A stretch of DNA of 64,000 nt from Shigella phage SSP1. Numbering within the stretch: position 1 is the stretch's first letter; each line of letters begins with the position of its first letter. The notes beneath the pieces were generated by a model that did not search any database, was not told the DNA's origin, and saw only the letters and a list, made by a program, of their open reading frames with translations. The translations under genes and the position numbers were made by a program. Where the stretch lies: sequence record KY963424. The stretch is one strand, 5' to 3'. Positions 31,225 through 40,400 of the stretch are shown piece by piece.

Positions 31225-32182
31225 ATTTCGCAGCTCTAGCCAAGATTCTATCAATGTCACCTTGAGATAGCTTCTCAACTTCACGGAAGTAAAGTTCAAG
31301 TTCACCTAACATATCAAGATCAACAAGATTTAACTTAGCGTCTTTAGTAACTCGATGATTAATCTTCTTATCTAATAAATCAGAGTCTTTGATAGACTTT
31401 AATTGAACAACGTCACCAGTAACTTCATAGACTACACGATCATAATCACTAGGTTCCATCTCTTCACCAGCTCCGATTGTTTTACGAATCAGTTGTGGTA
31501 AATCACCGAGTTCAATCCATTCTACTTTTAATGTATCGGTATCAATGATAAAGCAACCATTTGTACCTTTTGTGCGTTCTCTATGGAACGATGTAGTTAA
31601 TGGAGACCCTGGGTAGAGGAGTCTAGTAGATCCGATAGTCTGGCTATTAGTATAAGAATGTAAATCGCCAGCAATTACAGTATCATAACAGTTGTACTTA
31701 GTTAGATCAATTTCTGGTTTTACATGTGGAGGGATTTCACCACGAACATGCGTGAAACATAGTTTTGATTCAGATGGTTTCCACTTAGACTTATGGATCT
31801 CATCATACGGAACAATATCAAATTCAGGGGAACGATATGGTTTGGTAATTACTTCCCACTTCCCACTCGTTACTTTATTAATAACTCCCGCATAATGATA
31901 TAGGCATGAAATAGTTTTAGTTAACATTTCATGATTTCCAGTAAAGATTTTGCCCGGATGGTCAAGTCTTGACATGAACTGTTCAAGCAGTTCTATTTCT
32001 TCTGACGACGGGTCGGCAACATCAAGTATATCACCACCAGCAATATGAAGATCACAGTTATGATTATGGAATATATCATTTAACCGTTCTCCTAGCATCA
32101 GGAAGCGACGCTTCTGCCATTCCTTTGGAACTTTATCTTGTCCTAGTTTGATATGATGATCAGCACTAAATAATATTCTCAT
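31205..32182 (-). CDS. SbcD/Mre11-like nuclease (T5 D12 position)
   Basis: 325 aa; calcineurin-like phosphoesterase motifs: SADHH, GGDILD, GNHE, GDLH. Confidence 0.85.
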   Translation of the reverse strand: MRILFSADHHIKLGQDKVPKEWQKRRFLMLGERLNDIFHNHNCDLHIAGGDILDVADPSSEEIELLEQFMSRLDHPGKIFTGNHEMLTKTISCLYHYAGVINKVTSGKWEVITKPYRSPEFDIVPYDEIHKSKWKPSESKLCFTHVRGEIPPHVKPEIDLTKYNCYDTVIAGDLHSYTNSQTIGSTRLLYPGSPLTTSFHRERTKGTNGCFIIDTDTLKVEWIELGDLPQLIRKTIGAGEEMEPSDYDRVVYEVTGDVVQLKSIKDSDLLDKKINHRVTKDAKLNLVDLDMLGELELYFREVEKLSQGDIDRILARAAKYVKDYN

Positions 32183-32184
32183 TG

Positions 32185-32211
32185 GTTAAAAAGAAAGGGG
32201 CCGAAGCCCCT
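32185..32211 (-). terminator. Intra-operon hairpin/terminator between the D11-like and SbcD-like genes
   Basis: On the - strand: 6-bp GC stem (AGGGGC/GCCCCT) with 4-nt loop followed by TTCTTTTT; the SbcD-like start 3 nt downstream has no SD. Confidence 0.45.
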
Positions 32212-32218
32212 CTATTTA

Positions 32219-32992
32219 TTAGTCGTCCAGATCGCTTGCAGCTTCTGTGTCAATACCTTTCTGGGAGCCTGCATTGCTATTACCAGATTTGGCATCATCA
32301 TCTTTATTCTCACGACCCTCCATGAAGGCTTGAATTGCTTCTTTCTGCTCTTCATAGGTAGGAACCGGATAGGTTTGTTCCAGAGAAGGAACTTTTTCGA
32401 ACTTAATGATGTCGCCATCTTCATCACACATAGCTTCACCGATCAGATCTACGTCTGCAGCATATTGCTTAGATTCTGCACTGTTAGGATCTTGCAGCTT
32501 AATCTGGAACTGCATAGCAGCAATCTGCTGTACATCATACTCAGTATCGAAACCTTTACCTTTTTTCTCGATAGAAATATCAATATCAAACGGAGTTGCC
32601 AGATTCAACTGCTTCATGATAGACTGGATGCCTTTCAGAATCGTAGCCTTGACTTCCATTACTTTCAGTTTGTTATCAGAACGGTCGATAACAAAAGCGA
32701 TATAGTTTTTCTTCGGTTTCAGCGGAACACGATTACCATCTTTATCCAGCTCTTTCTCGAAGAAGCCCATCTCATGAACCGGATCAGCTTTACCACGAAC
32801 AAAGCTCTCTTTGTCACGGTTAAAACGGAGGCATTCGAAAGGAGCTACGTTACCCTCTTTATTAGTCAGCCAATAGACATAACGTGGAAGAACACCAGAA
32901 ACGATACGAACACGAGTGATACCGTTGTTGAACTTCAGGAATTCGATTTTATCGTTAGAACCGCCAGTAGTTTCGCCCCAAGACTTAGCCAT
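32219..32992 (-). CDS. Hypothetical protein (T5 D11 position); possible ssDNA-binding protein with acidic C-terminus
   Basis: 257 aa; acidic C-terminal tail (...EAASDLDD) as in phage SSBs. Function is inferred only. Confidence 0.3.
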   Translation of the reverse strand: MAKSWGETTGGSNDKIEFLKFNNGITRVRIVSGVLPRYVYWLTNKEGNVAPFECLRFNRDKESFVRGKADPVHEMGFFEKELDKDGNRVPLKPKKNYIAFVIDRSDNKLKVMEVKATILKGIQSIMKQLNLATPFDIDISIEKKGKGFDTEYDVQQIAAMQFQIKLQDPNSAESKQYAADVDLIGEAMCDEDGDIIKFEKVPSLEQTYPVPTYEEQKEAIQAFMEGRENKDDDAKSGNSNAGSQKGIDTEAASDLDD

Positions 32993-33269
32993 ATTTTATT
33001 TCCTCTTTAAAGATTAATTTCGATTTGTTAATTGCGATTAGTGGGTTAGTGTCGATTACTAAACGTGGTATCCATACTGGAACATATTGTATGTCCAAAC
33101 TAGGATCGTTTGTAAACTTGTATTCGGCATAATTTCGTAGACTTAAAATCCCTAGATATTCTGCCAGTTGTCTATTAGACAATTTATTTGGATTATCAAC
33201 TATTGTTGATTCATTCAAAATGAATGAGGAACCGACCAATAATTGGTGAGCATCAGGCTCTGTAAGCAT
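32985..33269 (-). CDS. Hypothetical protein
   Basis: 94-aa ORF downstream of tandem promoters; no motif recognised. Confidence 0.35.
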   Translation of the reverse strand: MLTEPDAHQLLVGSSFILNESTIVDNPNKLSNRQLAEYLGILSLRNYAEYKFTNDPSLDIQYVPVWIPRLVIDTNPLIAINKSKLIFKEEIKYG

Positions 33270-33376
33270 TCTTTTGAATAGCTTAATAATTAGGTCGGAA
33301 TTTCCTCTAGCTAGTAAGTATAGCTTTTCATAATCGAAGAATTTAATTTTTGTTTTCTCCTCGAATTTATGTATAT

Positions 33377-33406
33377 ATTATACTAGATTTCGAGAGAATT
33401 TAGCAA
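33377..33406 (-). promoter_or_regulatory. sigma70 early promoter (downstream copy of tandem pair)
   Basis: - strand: TTGCTA - 18 bp - TATAAT with AT-rich upstream (AAAATTTTAG). Confidence 0.6.
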
Positions 33407-33477
33407 CTAAAATTTTTATTTTTCTGCTTCGGACTTTCTTATCAAACCGAAACTTTCTCTCTCAAATTTATGTATAT

Positions 33478-33506
33478 ATTATACATCATTTATGAGCTAT
33501 TGCCAA
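33478..33506 (-). promoter_or_regulatory. sigma70 early promoter (upstream copy of tandem pair; overlaps 3' end of helicase gene)
   Basis: - strand: TTGGCA - 17 bp - TATAAT; the -10 and following 14 nt are identical to the copy 101 bp downstream. Confidence 0.6.
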
Positions 33507-34842
33507 ATGCAATTTTAGCTAATTGAACTGCTTTCTCCGGAGTCATAGTAATAGTTTTCCACCCGTTATTACGATATACTGCCATACGTCCAGAAGCCTG
33601 TCTTAGTCCAGTACCACCTTTCATAATTAGATCTACAACAATAGGATCGAGTTTACCCTTGACAATACGTTGAACACGGCCTGCAAGCTGTTCAATGAGA
33701 GATTCATTATTAATAAGACTTCCCATTATTAAACAAGACAGCTCATTAAGGGAAATACCTTCAGAGAAGATACTTTGAGCGGCTGCGAGTACACAAGGTC
33801 CACCTTTTGCTATATCTTCCTGAATTTTTAATCGATCATCTAAGTGGGTTGCCCCTATAATTTCATATGTTGTAACACCACGCTGTGCAAGAGCTTCTAG
33901 TACTGTTTGGATTAACTCTGTTCTGTCACTTACAATGAGTACTTTATGCCCCATATTCACATATAAATGTGCTAGATTTATAATAGTCTCTCGATATTCA
34001 GGATGGTTGTACACATCATTAGCACGTAATGCCCATGGCACATTCTGATTTCCTGATAACTCAACAGGCACGGAGTACCTATGGATTGTAGGTGCAATAG
34101 TATTATTAACCGGCGGGCTAAAGATCTTATATCCAAAGAAATCTTTGAACATAACTTGTAGACCATCTTTTCTTTTTAATGTTCCAGATAGCCCGATTTT
34201 ATAGCGAGCACATGATATTTCTAGGAAGTTAGTGAAAGTTGTAGCCACACAATGGTGAACTTCATCAACTATAACAGTACCGAATACTTTAGAAAGATTA
34301 TTCGCATGTTTATTCACTGTTTGAATATTACTGACCACAATTGGTGGGTCAATATTGTATTTCCCGGAACCTATGATGCCTGGTTCAAACCCAAACCATT
34401 TACGAACTTCTGCCGCCCACATTTCACGAATAGATGTGTTGGTACAAATTACCAAAGTTTTCTGGCCAAATTTATACGCAAGCGCAAGGGCTAGGATAGT
34501 TTTACCAAATCCAGGCTTACCATTAATAATACAGGTATCATCGCATTCTTCGTATATTGGAAGCTGGTCTTCTTCACGCAGCTTGAACTTAGGTTTTGGT
34601 ATATCTACCGGAGCTAATGTGCGTTTATCAACTAATTCGTATTTTACTCCTTTAGCATCTAGTAAGTCTAGACGTGTAATAGGAATCCACTTAATCTCTT
34701 TGGCAACAACACCACTATTCTTATACATAATAGGGTATTTACTAGTCATTGTCTCAATGTGATAAGTGGTTTGCTTACTACAATAATCCCAAAGTTCATC
34801 ATCGGGCTTGAAATAGGCTTTATTAGATATAACAACCTTCAT
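33490..34842 (-). CDS. SF2 DNA helicase (DEAH-type; T5 D10 position)
   Basis: 450 aa; Walker A GKPGFGKT, Walker B VIVDEVHH, motif III SGT, C-terminal helicase domain with QLAGRVQR arginine-finger motif. Confidence 0.8.
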   Translation of the reverse strand: MKVVISNKAYFKPDDELWDYCSKQTTYHIETMTSKYPIMYKNSGVVAKEIKWIPITRLDLLDAKGVKYELVDKRTLAPVDIPKPKFKLREEDQLPIYEECDDTCIINGKPGFGKTILALALAYKFGQKTLVICTNTSIREMWAAEVRKWFGFEPGIIGSGKYNIDPPIVVSNIQTVNKHANNLSKVFGTVIVDEVHHCVATTFTNFLEISCARYKIGLSGTLKRKDGLQVMFKDFFGYKIFSPPVNNTIAPTIHRYSVPVELSGNQNVPWALRANDVYNHPEYRETIINLAHLYVNMGHKVLIVSDRTELIQTVLEALAQRGVTTYEIIGATHLDDRLKIQEDIAKGGPCVLAAAQSIFSEGISLNELSCLIMGSLINNESLIEQLAGRVQRIVKGKLDPIVVDLIMKGGTGLRQASGRMAVYRNNGWKTITMTPEKAVQLAKIAFGNSS

Positions 34843-35336
34843 AATTTTATTCTAAGTCTAGGAATTTCAGGCTCCTCTTGATGGACTTGATAAATAACAG
34901 GGCTATTATTTACCAGAATATAGCTTATATAAGCTGGAACATAGGATAATACAAATGGATATGGAACCTTAGCTACATAGCATTGGTATTTTCCGTTATA
35001 AATTCTAGCTGAATGCAAAACTTTAGAGGTGACAACATCATAGAACGTAGTTTTCTTCCAGTTAATAAGATTTCCATCAGAATCTATAAATTGGCTACGC
35101 TTTGACCCAACTAATTGAGACAACATTGATATTCTACCTCTAATAGGGTAGAGCTTGTATGGTAATTCTTTCCGTTTCTCAAATAGAATAAGCCTACGTT
35201 GAGAAAACGTGCCAGGCAACTTCCTGTTATCTAGCACATATTTATTATATCTTGTTGTAATTACGGAATAATCACCTTCTTGCTCAATTGATACAAATGC
35301 CCGTAAAGCATATACGGGCAATTTGAAATCAAGCAC
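34839..35336 (-). CDS. Hypothetical protein
   Basis: 165-aa ORF between DNA polymerase and SF2 helicase genes; overlaps both by a few nt. Confidence 0.4.
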   Translation of the reverse strand: MLDFKLPVYALRAFVSIEQEGDYSVITTRYNKYVLDNRKLPGTFSQRRLILFEKRKELPYKLYPIRGRISMLSQLVGSKRSQFIDSDGNLINWKKTTFYDVVTSKVLHSARIYNGKYQCYVAKVPYPFVLSYVPAYISYILVNNSPVIYQVHQEEPEIPRLRIKL

Positions 35337-37896
35337 CGAGAATCCTTCTCACGTTATCCAAATCTTTACATACAGCAATAAACTTATCATCCTTGTATTT
35401 GCTATGATCTGGATGCTCTTTATCCATTGCAGCTAGTTTCTTATACTCGAACTCTGCATCAAGTAATACACCCTTAACATAACGAGTATATTCATCATCA
35501 TCAATACAAGCGATTGATGGGTGCTGTTTCTTCATCTTACCACAAGAATAGTCACGAGAACCTCCAGCTTCAGAATCTGAATCAATACCAATCGGACAGC
35601 CAGGAATACTGATACCACGGTCTTTTTGAATATTACGAATCAGGATTTCATTGTATTGGTCGATCAAATCCTCACGAACAATAGCAACTACGGAGTCGTG
35701 AACCAGCATAACAATCTTCATCTCTTGTTCTAGGCCAAGAGAGATGATCTCATTATCTGCATCTACAGCCCCTAAAAGGAGACTATCAGAAGAAGCAGAC
35801 TGAATGATTGCGTTAAATCCAGAACGGATTTCTTCACCCTGAACACCACGGTCTTCGGAGTGGATATTATGCAGACGACGTTTACGACCAAAGTGACTAT
35901 AGATAAATCCATGATTCTTGATCTGATCGTGGCACTTATCAATCCAACGCTTAAGCTGTGGGAACTGACCGAAGTAAGTTTCAATGTACTCTTTAGCATC
36001 TGCAACAGTACACTCTACAAACGGTTCACCTGTCTTAGCAGCCTGTTCCAGAAGAGCTTCGTTAACAGAATGAGCTACTTTAGCTGGGCCAGAACCATAC
36101 AGAATACCAAAGGTGATTGCTTTAGCTGCTTGACGCAGAGCTGGGAATAGCTTTTTAACATCACGAGGCTCGCATTGGAGTTTAAATACCATGTGTGCGA
36201 TGTTAGAGTGGAAGTCAGGGTATTTATCTGGTTCATTTCTCATGTTGATAAATACTTGTTGCATATTTCTATCGCCAGATAGAACAGCAGCATAATAAAC
36301 TTCCGCAGTTGTTAAGTCCCATGCAATTACACGGTATCCTACAGGGGCTACTACACAACCCTTGATAATGGATTCATCACGTGGTAACTGTTGCAGGTTC
36401 AGTTTACCAGAAGAACTCAGACGACCAGAAGTAGTCATATGTTCATGGAAGCCAGTACGAATGCAACCATCAGCATCAATACTCAGAAGAATTTTCTCAA
36501 CGTAAGTAGAGATCAGCTTAGTCAGCTTACGAATCTCTAGTAGAGTCTTAGCAATTGGATGCTGCGTAGACAATTCGTTCAGAGCTTCTGCATCTGTAGA
36601 GTCTGCTCCAGTATCCGTCAATTTACCTGTTGGAGTTAACCCAACATAATCAAACAGAAGAACACGGAGTTGTTTAACAGAGTTTGGGTTAAACGCTTCG
36701 TTCTGATCTTTCTCTAGCTGAACGACTTCTGGGTAAGTATACAGCTTCTCACGGGCTTTATTCAGATTATGAGTTAACTGATACTGAGCTTCTTTCAAGC
36801 GATCAATAGAAATTGGTACACCACGATCCTCAACACGCTGGAGAAATACACAACCAGGCATTAGGACATCATAATACAGGCTGCAAAGTTTTTCATTCTT
36901 CTCAATTTTTGGTAAGAAGAAGTTGTGCAAACGTAGTGTGGCATCAGTATCTTTTGCAGCGTAAGGCCACATAATATCAAACGGAATTAAATCATAGGTG
37001 AAATCTTCTTTCTTGATTTTATGTGCTTTGCAGTAATCCTCCTTGAACTTATCTAGTTCAAAGTCATAGTCACCCATATCGGTATACTTCATTGCTAGAG
37101 ATTTCAAGCCATGAGTACCACGACGCTCATCTAGAACATAATGCTGCAACATTGTATCATGGAGCCTGCGTTCTTTATGTGCTTTATCAAAAGTAAGTCC
37201 CAGATGGTACTTATAAAAGTGCATATCAAACTTCAAGTTGTGAAAAACAATAGTGTGGTTTTCACTATCTAGAATTTTCTGGAGATAATATACTGCAACC
37301 TCTGTGAGACAATCAGAATCGATATACACACCCTGATACTCTTGGTGAGACATAGAAACACCAAGCAGATAACCATCTCGACAGTATAGTGCTGAGGTTT
37401 CGGAGTCGAATGCGACAGGTCCGATAACCATATTATACACCATCTTGATATATTCTTCCGCCTCGTCAGGGTCAGTAATAGGACGGTAATCACCAGCTTT
37501 TGCAATCTTCTCACGACCATTGATAATATCGTGGATATTTTCTACTGTTGCATCGAAAACTGGTTTCATTTCAGGCTTAAAGTGTAACTGGGCTGGGCTG
37601 ATACTCGCAATCCAGTTAGCATATCCATTATACTCTACACGTTTACCAGTATAGTCACCAATGCCTTTCTTACCTGCGAAATACAGGAAAGGTTCAGCAC
37701 CTACTAGTATAACAAAATCGTAATCATTCGGATCAAATGGGTTTTCTGGTGTTCCAATAGTAATGTGCTTTTTAAGCAAACGACCGGATAACTTTTCGTT
37801 ACACATATGGAATACATCAACTTTCTCGCCGTATAGCTGGAAATGTTTATCGTAACGAGTGTTATTTAGAGCTTTATCAACTACTGCTATTTTCAA
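35329..37896 (-). CDS. DNA polymerase, family A, with 3'-5' exonuclease domain (T5 DNA polymerase-like)
   Basis: 855 aa (same length as T5 DNA polymerase); exo motif FDSETS; pol motif A-like DLTTAEVY, motif B RQAAKAITFGILYG, motif C MLVHDS. Starts with TTG at 37894-37896, 7 nt after GAGGAG. Confidence 0.95.
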   Translation of the reverse strand: MKIAVVDKALNNTRYDKHFQLYGEKVDVFHMCNEKLSGRLLKKHITIGTPENPFDPNDYDFVILVGAEPFLYFAGKKGIGDYTGKRVEYNGYANWIASISPAQLHFKPEMKPVFDATVENIHDIINGREKIAKAGDYRPITDPDEAEEYIKMVYNMVIGPVAFDSETSALYCRDGYLLGVSMSHQEYQGVYIDSDCLTEVAVYYLQKILDSENHTIVFHNLKFDMHFYKYHLGLTFDKAHKERRLHDTMLQHYVLDERRGTHGLKSLAMKYTDMGDYDFELDKFKEDYCKAHKIKKEDFTYDLIPFDIMWPYAAKDTDATLRLHNFFLPKIEKNEKLCSLYYDVLMPGCVFLQRVEDRGVPISIDRLKEAQYQLTHNLNKAREKLYTYPEVVQLEKDQNEAFNPNSVKQLRVLLFDYVGLTPTGKLTDTGADSTDAEALNELSTQHPIAKTLLEIRKLTKLISTYVEKILLSIDADGCIRTGFHEHMTTSGRLSSSGKLNLQQLPRDESIIKGCVVAPVGYRVIAWDLTTAEVYYAAVLSGDRNMQQVFINMRNEPDKYPDFHSNIAHMVFKLQCEPRDVKKLFPALRQAAKAITFGILYGSGPAKVAHSVNEALLEQAAKTGEPFVECTVADAKEYIETYFGQFPQLKRWIDKCHDQIKNHGFIYSHFGRKRRLHNIHSEDRGVQGEEIRSGFNAIIQSASSDSLLLGAVDADNEIISLGLEQEMKIVMLVHDSVVAIVREDLIDQYNEILIRNIQKDRGISIPGCPIGIDSDSEAGGSRDYSCGKMKKQHPSIACIDDDEYTRYVKGVLLDAEFEYKKLAAMDKEHPDHSKYKDDKFIAVCKDLDNVRRILGA

Positions 37897-37957
37897 ATTT
37901 AATCTCCTCTTGGTAAGTAAGTATAACTTCAGTGTTTCTTCTCTAACTTACCAATAT

Positions 37958-37987
37958 ATTATACCAAATCTTTAAGCGATTCAGCAA
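37958..37987 (-). promoter_or_regulatory. sigma70 early promoter for DNA polymerase gene (overlaps primase stop)
   Basis: - strand: TTGCTG - 18 bp - TATAAT, AT-rich upstream; transcript leader contains a 9-bp inverted repeat (TTGGTAAGT/ACTTACCAA) just upstream of the SD. Confidence 0.55.
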
Positions 37988-38849
37988 CTAAAATTTCAAT
38001 ACGTTTTGCTAACATATCAATTTCATCTTTGTTTAAGTCACCTGGATCTTTGCCTTCTGGTAGAAGAAAGTTAGCAACTACAGGTGTTAAACGCGTTTTT
38101 GTACGAATTAATTTGGCCAATGCTTGTGCAGCTTTATTACCAGAAGCATCATTATCTAGTAAGATAACAACAACTTTAACACCAGCAATAATATAAGGAC
38201 TGAACTTATCTGCAATGTTATCTGGAGTGAACTGATGTGTACCAAAGCAGCAAGAAGCATAGTCTATACCATTATCCTCTAGGTTCAGCATATCAAAGAT
38301 ACCTTCAACTAGGATAAGAACTGGAGTATTATATCGTACAGGGAAAATCGGTGGTGAAACTTGTTTTGGTTTTACTAAGTATTTAGGAGGGGCAGAACTG
38401 TTTATAGAACGACCCAAAAATAGGATATTGCGTCCAACAGCATCTGTGATTGGGAATACAATTCTGCCTTCCCAGTCTGCTTGGTGTTGGAAAGCAAAAT
38501 ATTTCTTCAAGGTCTTAGAACTTATACCTCGGAAATCACCTTCGAAAAGGTAAGCAGATTCAGGAATTGCAAGATTCGTAGATCCATTCCTAATCTCTGA
38601 AATCTTTTTACGTACCTGCGATAGTCTTGGGGACTGTCGGTACTGAGTCTCATTAAAATAATGGTAAATGCTCGGTATACCTTTACCGAAGCCACAACTC
38701 AAGCAGTGCATAATACCTGTTTCAGGATCAATACGCAAACTTGGGTGTTTATCGTCATGATCTGGATTGAGACAACAGATGAGGATGTCCCCACCTGTGT
38801 CTTTATATTCAATGCCTTTCAGATCAAGTAGTTCTGTTATTCTACTCAT
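37959..38849 (-). CDS. DNA primase (DnaG-like: zinc-binding + TOPRIM)
   Basis: 296 aa; CHC2 zinc finger (CCLNPDHDDKHPSLRI ... CLSCGFGKG); TOPRIM acidic residues (LVEGIFDMLNLEDNGID, ILLDNDASG). Confidence 0.8.
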   Translation of the reverse strand: MSRITELLDLKGIEYKDTGGDILICCLNPDHDDKHPSLRIDPETGIMHCLSCGFGKGIPSIYHYFNETQYRQSPRLSQVRKKISEIRNGSTNLAIPESAYLFEGDFRGISSKTLKKYFAFQHQADWEGRIVFPITDAVGRNILFLGRSINSSAPPKYLVKPKQVSPPIFPVRYNTPVLILVEGIFDMLNLEDNGIDYASCCFGTHQFTPDNIADKFSPYIIAGVKVVVILLDNDASGNKAAQALAKLIRTKTRLTPVVANFLLPEGKDPGDLNKDEIDMLAKRIEILVAESLKDLV

Positions 38850-40369
38850 ATATCGCTGGCCTGTTCACCTGTTGAATTTTCAGCTTTGTCTTTCTTAGCA
38901 CGTTTAGGTTGAGCCGGCTTATCCTTCTCAATAGGGATAACGAACTCAGCTTCCATTTGAGATATATCTTCCATTGCTAGGTTGGTAGTGTTATCCATTC
39001 GCAGAGTTTCCCAGTTCATTTTAGGCATAAACTTCACGCTATCAGAAGAACGAGTCTTAACGAAGTCAAACATAATAGCACCTTGACCATTATCAGCTTT
39101 TGCAGCATTAAGATTAGCAGCCATGTCTGCGGAATCAAGAATCCCCTTTGACATACGTGTTCTACCATCTTGATCGATCTGGTAAGGAGCTACACCAGCC
39201 ACGTTATGTTTCTGGCAGATAGATTTGAAAGACGAGCTGACAACCATCTGTTCTTTCCAGTCATACATATCAATGGTTTTAGAGTCTGGAAGTCGGGTTT
39301 GGTTAATATAGTCCAGTAAAGCTACTGTAACTTTATCACCATATCTAGCAACTAATTTATTTAGTTCTACGTCAACTGTTGTAATGGACAGTTCAGGATC
39401 ATAAACAATAATCATAGGAGTATGTAGCTCATACCCTTCTATTAGTTTACTCTCCATATCGTAGAAATCACTCATCTTAGCCATTGTGTACTGTTTAACG
39501 AAGCTATCGAAAAGCTCTTCACCACCATTAAACATTCTAGCTCTAGTTCTGGCTAATCTCAACAGAGCTGCACCTTCTAGAGTATTATTACGCATTGCTA
39601 GTGCTGATACACCTGCTAACATGGCTAAATTACGCCTAAATACTTCATGTTCTTTCATCTCAATTGAGAAGTATGGAGCAATATCCCCATTCAAATATTG
39701 CTGAACCTGTATGTTTGAACAGATAATGGATTTACCAGTACCACGCCAACCACCAAGCAGTAACGTTTCTGTGCGAGCTAAACCAATTTGAGCGTCGAAC
39801 TCATTACAAATACCAAGAGCGATTAAGTTCAGTTTGGTATCTTCTTCTCTCTGGAAAATACGCATGTTATCTGCGTTGAATACTTTTCCAGTATTCGTTA
39901 CTTTCTCTTCTAATTTTAAGTGAAGGGAGGCAACTCGGTTGAGAATTTCTCCCTGATCCAGCATTGTTAAATCTTGAAGCACGTCTGTTTCTAGAAGCTT
40001 CAGGAATAAATCCTGTGTATATTCGGCTTCTAGGACTTCAAGTGCCTGTTCCATGCTCACTTCTGGAATTTGAGTGTTAGCTAAGACGACTAGAGCTTGA
40101 GAAAGGCGGGCGTTCCTATTAGCTTCAAGCATAAGTGCGTCAATGGACGGCATTGTGTTATATTTTTTATAATAATTCTGGACGGCTTGGTAAATTGAGG
40201 AGAAAGCGTCATTAAAATGATCTTTATGCAGTTTTGAGAATGTTTCCAATGCTATTTGCTTCTGTTCGGAAGCTAGAAGCATCTTCAACACTACAGCTTG
40301 CACGTTAAACAAGGTCATTCTCCTTTGCACGCTTTCGTGCCTTCTAAATGCAAAAAGGGGAAGGAGCAT
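38846..40369 (-). CDS. Replicative DNA helicase (DnaB-like)
   Basis: Walker A GGWRGTGKS, H1a FSIEM, Walker B VALLDYINQ, H4-like APYQIDQDGR. Start ambiguous: ATG 40367-40369 (inside a hairpin loop, preceded by GGGGAGG) or ATG 40316-40318. Confidence 0.7.
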   Translation of the reverse strand: MLLPLFAFRRHESVQRRMTLFNVQAVVLKMLLASEQKQIALETFSKLHKDHFNDAFSSIYQAVQNYYKKYNTMPSIDALMLEANRNARLSQALVVLANTQIPEVSMEQALEVLEAEYTQDLFLKLLETDVLQDLTMLDQGEILNRVASLHLKLEEKVTNTGKVFNADNMRIFQREEDTKLNLIALGICNEFDAQIGLARTETLLLGGWRGTGKSIICSNIQVQQYLNGDIAPYFSIEMKEHEVFRRNLAMLAGVSALAMRNNTLEGAALLRLARTRARMFNGGEELFDSFVKQYTMAKMSDFYDMESKLIEGYELHTPMIIVYDPELSITTVDVELNKLVARYGDKVTVALLDYINQTRLPDSKTIDMYDWKEQMVVSSSFKSICQKHNVAGVAPYQIDQDGRTRMSKGILDSADMAANLNAAKADNGQGAIMFDFVKTRSSDSVKFMPKMNWETLRMDNTTNLAMEDISQMEAEFVIPIEKDKPAQPKRAKKDKAENSTGEQASDI

Positions 40370-40383
40370 AGCCCCCTCCCCTT
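40346..40383 (-). terminator. Hairpin/terminator after the 4xHTH protein gene, overlapping the helicase translation start
   Basis: - strand: 12-bp stem (AAGGGGAGGGGG / CTCCTTCCCCTT, two G-U pairs) with loop CTATG containing an ATG, followed by TTTTGCATTT. Confidence 0.5.
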
Positions 40384-40400
40384 AGGTTTAATTTACCAGA

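Noticed and set aside
31225-31305. N-terminal extension of the SbcC-like ORF (MNLNFTSVKLRSYLKVTLIESWLELRN)
   Set aside because: Overlaps the 3' end of the upstream SbcD-like gene by 100 nt; the internal ATG at 31222-31224 gives the conserved N-terminus and a normal short overlap.
32330-33010. 226-aa plus-strand ORF overlapping the D11-like gene
   Set aside because: Antisense to a minus-strand gene that sits in an operon with SD-led neighbours; no start context; composition dominated by Phe/Ile/Leu from AT-rich antisense codons.
34252-34762. Plus-strand ORFs inside the SF2 helicase gene
   Set aside because: Antisense to a gene with complete helicase motifs; no promoter or SD.
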